From Eledone cirrhosa (Eukaryota), in NCBI GenBank assembly GCA_964016885.1, contig OZ024741.1:164982001-165046000 (forward strand): 64,000 nt of DNA, read 5' to 3'. The first letter of the stretch is position 1. Each line of letters starts with the position of its first letter. A program made the position numbers and the translations under genes. The notes under the pieces were generated by a model, which searched no databases, was not told the DNA's origin, and saw nothing but the letters and a program-made list of their open reading frames with translations. Below, piece after piece: positions 12,331 to 24,718 of the stretch.

Positions 12331-12779
12331 AAAGTATGTATGTTTATGCATGCATGCATGTTGGCGTTAGGAAGTGCATCCAGCTGTAGAAACCAAACCA
12401 GAATCAGTTCTGTATGAGCAAGACATGGTCACCTGATCTAGCATTGCCCACAACAGGACAACTCATCTAATACATGCTAGCGTGGAAAAACGGTGGTTTG
12501 TTGTGTGTGTGTGTGTGTGTGCGTAAAAGGAAAACAAACCACTACTATAACTAAAACAACCATGCGGTTGATAGTTTTTCTGAAGTTTCTAAATCATTTC
12601 ATATGAAGCCAGGATATTTCTGGTATTTCATATTGTCCCAACAGAAGGAGGAGAAACAAAGTAAAGATTAGCAAAAACTGAAGTTAGAATTAAAGACTGA
12701 AACTAAATAATTGTTTCTAACATGGACACAAGGCCAACACTTTAGAATGAGGGAGTCAATTATATCAACCACTGTACTT

Positions 12780-13005
12780 AGACGGTACTTCCATGAGCTG
12801 GAATGGCTCTTCCAGCGTGTCTCCCTCACTATCCTCTGGGGAAATGCCTTCTCTACTCTGTCTGCTGACCCCCATTTGCTCACAAGAGTGAAAGATAGGG
12901 AGATTGGGAGAGACGGAAGCAGTGACAGTGGGAGTTTGGTTCTTTTGTGTTTGGACCTGGTGTATACATGTGTATATAAGAGGGAATGAGTATTTGGCAT
13001 GTATA
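12780..13005 (+). mobile_element. 3' fragment of an RLE-type (CRE-like) non-LTR retrotransposon inserted in an old family A SINE
   Basis: ELEWLFQRVSLTILWGNA resembles the FQRxSxxxxRGNA C-terminal motif. SINE halves lie at about 12705-12778 and 13010-13130. Confidence 0.55.
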
Positions 13006-13972
13006 GTATTGAACTTATTATTGTTTATCAACCTCGAGAGGATGAAGGGTAAAATTGAGCTTGGCAGGATTTGAACTTAGAATGTACAGAGCCAGAATAA
13101 ATACTGCAAAGTAATTTGTCCAACACCTTCAGATTCTCTCTGCACTACACATAACCAATGTTTAACATCCCTTTGTTCATTCTTACATCATCTTCTAATG
13201 TTTCCAGGCCTGTTTCATAGTATTTCTGGCTCTATCTACGGTATCATTTTCACCAACATGGCAACTTCCATCTGATTGGAACCTTGCTACATTCAGGAAG
13301 TTGTCTTGTAGAAACCTCCAATAGTCCTGTTATAAGCCTGTCTCTGACGTATCTTCATCATATACATAAACTAGTATTTCTGTGAATGCACATGCACACA
13401 CACACACACACACACACAACCCATGCTAGCGTGGAAAATGGATGGTAAACGATGATGATGATTATATATATATATATATGTGAGAGAGAGAGAGCGAGAG
13501 AGAGAAAGAGAAAGTCATATATATAGAAGTCAACCATATAAATGATTGCCAGTTGCTGAGGCAAAAGAAGGGATACCAGTCTATGATGCCATTGAGTCTG
13601 TCCCAAATATTTCTGTTATCAAATCTGATAATCCACACTTAGTGAATCACAATACTTTAAATAGAAGCAATGCCTGATAGGAGCTGATACTATATTCAAA
13701 TAAATATTCAACAGAGCCAACTAATAACAGAGTCTGACATGAAATTATGAAGACATTGGTATTTCTGGAAGATTATAGTTTTTAGTGAACTAAGTAGGAT
13801 ACCAAAAGACTTGTATATTTTTCTGTCCTCAAGTTAAATGATAGCAATATTTTCTGTAATAAAGTATTTTACTTCTTTTTCTACAGAGAAAAATTCCTAC
13901 AAATATGTTTCTGAAAGAGTATAATGAACTAAATAGGAAACTAAAAGACTTCTATATTTTTCTGCTTCAGAG

Positions 13973-14310
13973 TTAACCCCTTCATGATCATATTTCTAAT
14001 GAAATACACTATTTCAATTAATTACTGAAGAATTTTCAGGGATTTATTGAAATTACTCACAATTTCATTATTAAGATAGCAACTTAAAATATAGTTCTGA
14101 TATAAATTATGTTGGAAGATTTTAATATAAAAAAGAATCCACTAAAATGGATGGCTTTATTTCATAAAACAAGACCCAGTTTTGACAGTGTGGCTATCAA
14201 AAGGCTTAATAAAGAATTTTGAGGAATTTATATAGGAACATTGTAAAATGGTTGGTTTTGTTTCATAGAGACAAAGCTAGTTTTGACCAGATTGGTATCA
14301 AAAGGATTAA
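13973..14310. mobile_element. piggyBac-type MITE family 2 with duplicated right end
   Basis: TTAACCCCTTCAT ... TATCAAAAGGCTTAA (14209) ... TATCAAAAGGATTAA (14310). Related copies at 42709-42925 and degenerate ones near 43436-43658 and 60840-61152. Confidence 0.7.
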
Positions 14311-14398
14311 ATAGTATCTATTTTTTTTCTTTCTGTAATAACATGCATTTTCCCCTCATTCTCCACAGAAAAAAGTCCCCATGTTATATATATAGAGA

Positions 14399-14774
14399 GA
14401 AAGAGTGAAGAATAACATGGTCAGCTGTACAAAAATGGTTTTATTTACAGTATTAATTGTTTCATTGATCAGGTGAGTATTCCGATGATTTGATCAGAGA
14501 CACACACTGTATTTAAGGTTGAGTGACGCAATTTCGAGTGCTCAGTGGCCTTTAGACTCACCTGATCAATGAATCAATTATTAATACTGTAAATAATACC
14601 CTTTTTGTACAGCCGGCCATGTTATTCTTCACTCTTTCACTATTATTACTCCAATAATAACCTACATGGGAATTCTTGCTAACTAAGGAAACTTCTTGTT
14701 GAGTCAAACAACGCCGTACGTTAAAACTATTCACAACCTCTAACTAGATTACCTAAAACGATAATTGTTATTCC

Positions 14775-14775
<1 letters not shown>
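14399..14775. mobile_element. Inverted-repeat mini element (probable Penelope pseudo-LTR remnant)
   Basis: Arms at 14399-14478 and 14556-14638 with a one-sided extension; embedded between TA/GA microsatellites. Confidence 0.6.
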
Positions 14776-14806
<31 letters not shown>

Positions 14807-16966
14807 ATTTGCTGGCTATATTTTTATTTTATAAATATGTCCTTGGAGGATTTTATGTCAGCATCATTTAATGTCCATTTTTCCACGCTAGCATGGGTTA
14901 GACCAGTTGCCCTGTTGTGAGACAAGTCTAGTCCGATGATAATGTTTTGCTCATACAGAACTCGTTTTGGCTTGGTTTCTAGGGCTGGATGTCCTTCCTA
15001 ATAGTAACCACATTTACAGTGAGTACTGGGTGCTTTTTGTCATGAGACCATCATCACAGCTCTACCATATCTACTATAAAAATATGCTGTGATAGAATCC
15101 TTATAACATTACTTAGAATAGTTTAATTTTTAACATTCTGTAATGATTTAGTAGAAATTCTACAAAATAAAGGTTTATTAATTCAAATGTTTACAGTATT
15201 TTACTAGTGGAATGGAAATTGCTGTGAAAATTTGAAGTATTAAAGTAATATTTAATGTGATGCACTCTTAATCCTGTTTTATATATTCCAAGAATGTTTT
15301 GCTAATGTGGTTTCATGTGGCTCAGGACATTAAGAATTTAAGACACAGCAAAAACATGGTAGATATATAATGGAGGAAGCATAGAGCAAAAAAAAAAAAA
15401 AAAAAAGAAAACAAAAAGAAAACAAAAAGAAATTGGTAGGAATTCGGATCAATTTTTCAATTATTGGAGATACTGCAGTAAATATAAAGAAAACATATGT
15501 TTATGGATATATAATTAAATTAATATACATACACCACATAAACACCACAACTTAATACACACACACACACATCTACTACTCATGCACATACCAAATACTT
15601 ATACACACATACAGTTAACATCAACTCCCTTTGTTAACTCTCTAGCAATGAAAACCATTTTCTTCCTCTTCCCCCTTCTGCCTCACTCGATCACATCATC
15701 TTCTCATAAATAAGCAGTATGAACTAACTCATCTCCTTTCTATTCTTGCTTTTATTTAAAAAAAACTCTTTCTTTCACTTCTTTATTTCTGATGAACAAA
15801 ACATAAGTCTGAAACACCAACCATTTTTTTCTTGCATTCATTCAGTACCAAACAAATACAAGTGACTTAACCAGAGAAGATGTTTTCATTGTTACATTCA
15901 ATTTTAGATTATTTTGTAGTAGTGCAGTCTATTATGAAGTGTCAGAAAATATTGCATTCTTGCAACTTAGTAACTGGTGTAATTCCACTGCATCTCATGA
16001 AAATAAGATGAAGCAATTAAAGAGTAAAAGGAGCTGATATAAAATTAGAGGCCAATGTTGTCCTGTAATAGGCAAATACAGAGAAGAAAAAATTGTATAC
16101 CTTGCTGTTGTGATCATCGGCTATCTTTTAAAAGTTACCTACTAAAACTATTTCATCATTGACATCTTGAGAATATTTGGAAACCATGAGATAAAACAGT
16201 ATTATAACACTAGTATTATATGAGCAAAATTAAATAAATAAAAAAATACTAATGGTTAAAATCTGTCCCAAACTTGGAGGTTTTTCAGGCTGGAGATTAT
16301 CCCAGTTTCACTGGCATTATGTGACTGTGATTCAAAGCCTACCCCAGGACAGAATGATCATTTATTGCAGGGGTAACCCTTAGCTGTTGCTGCAGGTATT
16401 CATTTACAGCTGTGTAGAATGGAGCAATGTGAAATGAAGCATTTTACTCAAGAATAAAATGTGTCCTCCAGTCCAGGAATTGAATCACTGACACTACAAT
16501 AGTAAACCCAATACCCTAACCACTAGGCCACATACATTTACATAATTAGATAAAGCATCAGTAGTTAGGAATCAATTGAAGTTCTATCATGTCTGACTTA
16601 CATAGAAATTTCACATTATTTGCAATCCTGCTCCAACCCTAAATAAAAGGAGTGAATTAATTTTACCACATACCTAAATGCTTTCAAGAGAATTTAAAAA
16701 CAAATAACCTCCTGGGGTATGATAGACTTAAAATTACAGTGATTGCAAGTTGCACTAATACCAGTTATATCTTTTCAGTTTTCTGATAATTTCAATGAAA
16801 CTAGTTTGGAAATGTAATCCCTGTAAACCTTAAACACATACATGGAATTGAATACAATCTATAAAGTAGTTGGCATTAGGAAGGGCTGTTACCCATAGAA
16901 ACACTGCCAAAATATGGAATGTATGAACAAAACAGTGTTTTTCAACTTGTCTAGTCTCAGACTGTC

Positions 16967-19050
16967 ATTGCTCTGTCTGAGTATCAAACAGCCCCACTAG
17001 ATACAGTAAGTTATATTGTTCTGTCTGAGTATCAAACAGCCCCACTAGATACAGTAAGTTATATTGTTCTGTCTGAGTATCAAACAGCCCCACTAGATAC
17101 AGTAAGTTATATTGTTCTGTCTGAGTATCAAACAGCCCCACTAGATACAGTAAGTTATATTGTTCTGTCTGAGTATCAAACAACTCCACTAGATACAGTA
17201 AGTTATATTGCTCTCTCTGAGTATCAAACAGCCCCACTAGATACAGTAAGTTATATTGTTCTGTCTGAGTATCAAACAGCCCCACTAGATACAGTAAGTT
17301 ATATTGTTCTGTCTGAGTATCAAACAGCCCCACTAGATACAGTAAGTTATATTGTTCTGTCTGAGTATCAAACAGCCCCACTAGATACAGTAAGTTATAT
17401 TGTTCTGTCTGAGTATCAAACAGCCCCACTAGATACAGTAAGTTATATTGTTCTGTCTGAGTATCAAACAGCCCCACTAGATACAGTAAGTTATATTGTT
17501 CTGTCTGAGTATCAAACAGCCCCACTAGATACAGTAAGTTATATTGCTCTGTCTGAGTATCAAACAGCCCCACTAGATACAGTAAGTTATATTGCTCTGT
17601 CTGAGTATCAAACAGCCCCACTAGATACAGTAAGTTATATTGCTCTGTCTGAGTATCAAACAGCCCCACTAGATACAGTAAGTTATATTACTCTGTCTGA
17701 GTATCAAACAGCCTCACTAGATACAGTAAGTTATATTGTTCTGTCTGAGTATCAAACAGCCCCACTAGATACAGTAAGTTATATTGCTCTGTCTGAGTAT
17801 CAAACAGCCCCACTAGATACAGTAAGTTATATTGTTCTGTCTGAGTATCAAACAGCCCCACTAGATACAGTAAGTTATATTGTTCTGTCTGAGTATCAAA
17901 CAGCCCCACTAGATACAGTAAGTTATATTGTTCTGTCTGAGTATCAAACAGCCCCACTAGATACAGTAAGTTATATTGTTCTGTCTGAGTATCAAACAGC
18001 CCCACTAGATACAGTAAGTTATATTGCTCTGTCTGAGTATCAAACAGCCCCACTAGATACAGTAAGTTATATTGCTCTGTCTGAGTATCAAACAGCCCCA
18101 CTAGATACAGTAAGTTATATTGTTCTGTCTGAGTATCAAACAGCCCCACTAGATACAGTAAGTTATATTGCTCTGTCTGAGTATCAAACAGCCCCACTAG
18201 ATACAGTAAGTTATATTGCTCTGTCTGAGTATCAAACAGCCCCACTAGATACAGTAAGTTATATTGCTCTGTCTGAGTATCAAACAGCCCCACTAGATAC
18301 AGTAAGTTATATTACTCTGTCTGAGTATCAAACAGCCTCACTAGATACAGTAAGTTATATTGTTCTGTCTGAGTATCAAACAGCCCCACTAGATACAGTA
18401 AGTTATATTGCTCTGTCTGAGTATCAAACAGCCCCACTAGATACAGTAAGTTATATTGTTCTGTCTGAGTATCAAACAGCCCCACTAGATACAGTAAGTT
18501 ATATTGTTCTGTCTGAGTATCAAACAACTCCACTAGATACAGTAAGTTATATTGTTCTGTCTGAGTATCAAACAACTCCACTAGATACAGTAAGTTATAT
18601 TGTTCTGTCTGAGTATCAAACAGCCCCACTAGATACAGTAAGTTATATTGTTATGTCTGAGTATCAAACAGCCCCACTAGATACAGTAAGTTATATTGCT
18701 CTGTCTGAGTATCAAACAGCCCCACTAGATACAGTAAGTTATATTGTTCTGTCTGAGTATCAAATAGCCCCACTAGATACAGTAAGTTATATTGTTCTGT
18801 CTGAGTATCAAACAGCCCCACTAGATACAGTAAGTTATATTGTTCTGTCTGAGTATCAAACAGCCCCACTAGATACAGTAAGTTATATTGCTCTGTCTGA
18901 GTATCAAACAGCCCCACTAGATACAGTAGGCTATATTAATGTCTGAGTATCAAACAGCCCCACTAGATACAGTAAGTTATATTGTTCTGTCTGAGTATCA
19001 AACAGCCCCACTAGATACAGTAGGCTATATTAATGTCTGAGTATCAAACA
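16967..19050. repeat. 48-bp minisatellite, about 43 copies
   Basis: Unit ATTGTTCTGTCTGAGTATCAAACAGCCCCACTAGATACAGTAAGTTAT, head-to-tail with no spacers. Confidence 0.98.
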
Positions 19051-19677
19051 CAGCTCACAGATGTAAAATGATGGAAGGCCATACACTCACATATACCCCC
19101 CCCCCCTCCTCATCATCATCATCATCATTATCATTATGATTTTATGACTGTTTTACACCAAAAAAAGGTGGCAGTTACTTCGAAGTTTCAGCTGTAATTC
19201 GCCCACAATATAAAATGTGTTTCCTGTTTTATATTAATCAGTAGTATCATTATCATTACCCTATTCAACAGAGAATTACATTATATAGTGTGAGAGCGAT
19301 ATATAATGTGAGGGGAAAGGTAGGTAGAAAACAAATCTGTGATTATTCCATTTCATGTATAATAATAAAATATAAAAACATTGGAAAGGTCAACTTCAAT
19401 TATTGAATCAGCAGTGAAAAAAAAAATGAAAATCGATATTGGAAATCAAATTAGGATTGAGCAGCTTTGTAATAAAAAATCTTGGTGAGGGTATATCCTG
19501 AATGTTTCTGCTAGTTACAACTATATATTGATCAGTTTACTTTACTCACTTTTCCAACTTTAACATTCCGGAGGAATACACATAGAATGCATGTTTACCA
19601 TTGTTCTTTTAATAAATATGTTTAAACAAAAGTGTATGGAAAGAGAAGGAAATGTTTGTAAATAAATAAATGAATAA

Positions 19678-19718
<41 letters not shown>

Positions 19719-19842
19719 TATACAAATACATATATATGAATATATATATATATACACATACGTATATACATATATACATATATGTATATATATATATAAA
19801 CACATATACTTACACATATATACACACACACATACACATACA

Positions 19843-20726
19843 TACTTCCTCTTATCCAATGCGTGGAATAAAAACAATATGCTACTGAATGAGGATACAT
19901 TTGAACAAATCCATTGGGGAAAACAGGTTGCACTGAAACTATTATAATCTCTTCCTTCAGGAGAAACCCTCATGGCATCCAACAACACCAGAGACCTGGG
20001 AGTAATTGATGATAACAACCGAAGCTTGGCTACTTATATAAACAACAAAGTTGACATGGCCTGCAGGATGTGTTCCTGGATTCTCAGAACTTTCCAATCT
20101 GGAGATATCTACACAATATTCCACTTTTGTACAACCCCACCTTGAATACTGTTGTCCACTGTAGTCTCCCCACACAAAATAAAATATTATGAAAATTGAA
20201 GCATCTTAAAGGTCAATCACAAAAAAGATAGACGGCATGACAAGCCGTGATTATTGGGGTCGACTAGAAAGCTCAAACTTTATTTTCTCCAATGCCCCCA
20301 TGAGTACTACATTATCTGCATGATGTGGAAAATATTCCATCAACATTGCCCAAATAATGTTGGCATCGTCTTTAAACTACACCTAAGGCTTCGGTTCCGT
20401 GCTATTCATCCACAACAAAAATCAAAGTCGCATCTTATAACAACATTATGGCACAATTATTTCACCTTAATTGGTCCTGCCCTCTTTAACATTGCACCAA
20501 AATATGTAAAAAAGAAATAGGTCCCATAAAATTAAAAAAGCCTTTGCACAGATTCTTCCAAGAAATTCCGGACAAGCGCCTTACACACAGATATGTCTCC
20601 GAAAACAGAGACTCTATATTTGAGTGGGCCATGGTGTCCCAATCATGATTTGAAAGACTTCACTAGGTGGTGCTATCAATTAAGACATGGCCTGGGCCAA
20701 TACTGGCTGAAACCTATCAAAGTTAT

Positions 20727-20727
<1 letters not shown>
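19843..20727 (+). mobile_element. CR1-clade LINE 3' fragment, degenerate
   Basis: RDLGVI...WILRTF...PHLEYCCPL...DYWGRL motifs with stops and frameshifts. Confidence 0.85.
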
Positions 20728-20794
<67 letters not shown>

Positions 20795-20804
20795 ATACAC
20801 ACAC

Positions 20805-21160
20805 ACAATTGCACCTCTGATAGGCGATGACACAGGATCGAGACCTGTTGTGTTACACAGTAATACAGAAGACTTGACTTCCCATGCACATAGGTTGATG
20901 TATACACCAATATACACCACTCTCCCCCTCCCATACACCTCCCACGACCTAACACTCTACCCTTCACCCACAACCTTACACTCCCTTGCCTCAGCCCTCT
21001 GCCAACATTGTAAATGGGGTTAGTATTAGGATGGGCATCCAACTGTATAAACCAAGCCTAAAATAGTTCTGTATGAGCAAGACATGGTCATCTGTTCTGG
21101 CTTGTCTCACAATGAGAAAAACTCATCTACCCCATGCTAACGGGGAAAAATGGACATTAA
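20805..21160 (+). mobile_element. RTE 3' end with long 3' UTR module
   Basis: QLHL..AMTQDRDL..VIQKT is homologous to the ORF end at 29863-29960, followed by the GGGCATCC box and tail. Confidence 0.7.
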
Positions 21161-21176
21161 TTGGTAATCCTGATAT

Positions 21177-21543
21177 ATCATCATCAGGTCGAGCTTGCTC
21201 GGCTTTCTACGTCACGTTTCCTCCATCCATCTCTGTCTCTCATAGCGTTTGCCAGTTCTTCCGCAGTGCATCCAGTATCATCCTCAAGTTGCTTGATGTA
21301 TGTCTTCTTGGGACTACCAGCGTTTCTTGCTCAATGAGATGGACTCCATAACAATACATCACCTGCTATTTCTTCCTTGCTGCGCCAACAGTGGCCAGCA
21401 AATCTGAGTCTCTGTCCAAGTATTGACCTGCCGATAGGTGGTATATTGCCATAGAGATCCTTATTTGTTGGGTGTTCCCTCCAAGACATGTTTAAAGCAG
21501 CACAGAGCATACGTGTGTATGCCCCGTCTAGCTTTTTCTCCAT
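21177..21543 (-). mobile_element. RTE-type LINE 3' fragment (second family)
   Basis: LDGAYTRML.AALNMSWREHPTNKDLYG...RLRFAGHCWRS...MRDRDGWRKR, with a TGATGA tail. Confidence 0.85.
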
Positions 21544-21594
21544 ATATATATATATGCTAGCATGGAAAATAGTTGTTAAACGATGATGATAATG

Positions 21595-21626
<32 letters not shown>

Positions 21627-22705
21627 CTGTAGAAACCATGCAAAATATAGGCTGTATGTGTATGACTAAGTTGCGGTCTCTCAAACCCATCTAGTCTAGG
21701 ACCTTGTCAGTATTGATGATTATGTATTCTTGGAATGTATTTAAAGCTAGAATATCTAACAAATCTATTGAAAAGGTGCCTCATGTACATGTGGGAATGG
21801 CAGTGCCCCTTACCTTTTTCAGGGCATCCGAGACTGATGGGAGGAAGGTAGGCAAATATCTTTAAAACAGAGACCTAACGCAAATACATGCAATATAATT
21901 GATTCTGCTGAAGATGCAAAAGATGTTGAACTAAAGAAAGGATTAAGTCTATGACCCAAGTAGGCCACAGCAGGATTTAAACTAAAAATACAAAAAGCAG
22001 GAATAAACATGACATGGCATTGTGTCCAACACACTAGCAATTCCACTAATCCCCTGACCTTCATATAGTATTTTGACTTTGGCAGGAATTGAAATTAGAA
22101 TGCAAAGAACCAGAACAAATGCTGCAAAACATTTAGTCTGATGTTCTAACAATTCTGCCAATTTGCTGCCTATACTGACAATTGTTTTATTCACTTCATT
22201 GGTATTTAAAGTTGCTTATTAAATACCAGCAGAGATTTACAGCTGACACTATAAGTGAGATCTTACTTGGTCTTCTCCCTGAGATAGATAAATAAATAAA
22301 TAAATAAATATAAGCAAAGTATTTGTGCAAAGTGGTTCATTTGTTCTGTAAGGACTCTGGATATTCACACAGATTTTACATGTGATTGGAAACAAATAAA
22401 TAAACATCTTCAATCCAAATACCATCCTCTTCTCTCACTCTCCTTCTCACCAGATTCCACTCTCTAATGATTAGCACTGGAAAATTATCACTTAAAGCTA
22501 CGAATTTGAAATGTCTTTAATCCAAACTAATCAAAATTGGTTCTTGACACTTTATTAAAAGCATTTCATATTTCATTTTTATACACCATCATCATAATCT
22601 TCATCATCTTTCACCTTCTTCATCTGAATTCCCATCCTACTTTTACTGCATTTCCCCTACTACCCCCCTCTCTCTCTCATATATATATATATATGTATGT
22701 ATGTA

Positions 22706-22765
<60 letters not shown>

Positions 22766-22799
22766 GTACACACACATAGACATAAATATACATATATAT

Positions 22800-22850
<51 letters not shown>

Positions 22851-23384
22851 TCCATCCACACATATCTATCTATCTACTCTCTTTCCTTCATCTTGTTTTC
22901 TGCCGAACTAGCTTCTTTATCATTTTCCTTCCTTTCTTTCCTTCCCTCCTTTTCATACAGAGTTGTCTGTCTGATCTCCCCACCACCATCACCATTTCTG
23001 TTTATTTTCTTCTAGAGATCCAAGTGATCAAAACGAACCAACATCAGAGAGAGTATCGATCCTAATTTATTCTCTTCAAATTCTTTTGTTTCGGACACTT
23101 GAGAGATTATAGAGACAAATAAGCTGACAGGAACTGAATAGGTTCCTCTACAGCTCAAAGTATTCAGACAAAACAAAAAATTGTAAAGGAGATATTTAAT
23201 GTGAGAAACTTACTATTTCAAAATGAATAAGTAATGATATGTGGGAGATGGAATTGATGGCCAAGACAGTACAGAGAGAGAAATGAAGAAAGAAATATAA
23301 CAAAAAAGAGAAAAATACAAAAACATAAAAGCAAAGGACAAACTTGCTCCACTGAGTTTATTATTAAAGAAGAAGTTTATTAAA

Positions 23385-23640
23385 GAAGAAGAAGAAGAAG
23401 AAGAAGAAGAAGAAGAAGAAGAAAACAGAAGAAAAGAAGAAAAAAGAAAAGAAAAAAGAAAAAGAAGAAAAAGAAAAAGAAGAAAGAAAGAAAAAGAAGA
23501 AAAAGAAAAAGAAGAAAAAGAAGAAAAAGAAAAAGAAGAAGAAGAAGAAGAAGAAGAAGAAGAAGAAGAAGAAGAAGAAGAAGAAGAAGAAGAAAAAGGG
23601 TAAAATGATGGACAAAAAAATGAAAAAAAAAAAAGAAAGC
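23385..23640. repeat. (GAA)n/polypurine tract
   Basis: Direct inspection. Confidence 0.95.
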
Positions 23641-24454
23641 CTATTTTTTAGGCTAGATAAGGGAATGTTTAACAAGAGAAATGGTTTTGACGTAAGAGGA
23701 TATTGAAAACAGATAAAAGCAAAGTGAAAGGAAATTGTCGGAGATTACTCTACTATAATGATGTGAAGATGAAATAGAATAGAGGAGGAGGGGGAAGAGG
23801 CTTAATGAGAAATTGCTGTCGATCAAATTCTCTCTTTTCTCGGCAGAAATATCTTCGACGTATTCGAAGCTAAGTGAAAATGTATTTCCTTGTGATTGCC
23901 AACACAGATGAAAACGTACTTTCTGAAGGTCTTTTAAAGATGTTTTGTGTATATGATGATGTGTGTTTATATCAAGCTTATCTCCTACTCTGCTTGCATG
24001 CACACACAAAAACACTTACTCTTCTAAGAAAGAAAAATCATCATCTTCTACAACAATAATAATAGCAGTATAAAAAATGAGCTTACATCAAAATAGGTGT
24101 GAGTTAATTTCAGTGTGAATTTGTGTGTATAGATTAGATATGAAGGCATATGATTTAGTGATTCAGGATTTTGATTTATGATCATAAATTTCTGAGTTGA
24201 ATTTCAGGCAGTATATTGCGCACTTGAGCAATACACTATTCTATGTTGCTCTTCTTATCTGCCAAAAAATTATTTGTACCTTCAAAGGGACAACCTTATC
24301 ACACTGAATCTTGATGAGAACTGTGAGTTTATGCCCCATGATTTAGCGGTTTGACAAACAAGAGGTTGATTAAATAAAGATCTGAAGGTGATATGATTTA
24401 TTAAATCAAAATGGTGCTCTAATATAGTCACAGTCTAGTAACTTAAACTAGTAA

Positions 24455-24484
<30 letters not shown>

Positions 24485-24485
<1 letters not shown>

Positions 24486-24709
24486 ATAGCAGAACACTAG
24501 AGTGTTATATCCGTAGTAGTAGAGCACTCAGTATATGGGATGAGTTTGGTAGAAGTAGTTCCACAACAGTTAGTTCACCATACCGAGAACAAATATTTCA
24601 CCTTATGCTGATGCTCAGCTTGGTCTGAAACGAGCAGACCAAGCTGAGGATCCACATAAAGTGAAACATTTGTTCTCGGTATGGTGAACTAACTGTTGTG
24701 GAACTACTT
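24485..24709. mobile_element. Hairpin mini element (probable Penelope remnant)
   Basis: Arms of about 75 bp within 24553-24709 around the loop AAACGAG; CTGAGGA...GAAAC hammerhead-like core; GAGCACTCA motif in the unpaired extension. Confidence 0.65.
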
Positions 24710-24718
24710 ATATATATA

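Noticed and set aside
16967-19050. CRISPR-like array or repetitive protein gene (GLFDTQTEQYNLLYLV)n
   Set aside because: No unique spacers and no cas genes. The ORFs result from a 48-bp unit, lack a real ATG (the track shows M at GTG/CTG codons) and are broken by unit variants.
23364-23675. Poly-Phe ORF
   Set aside because: (GAA)n microsatellite.
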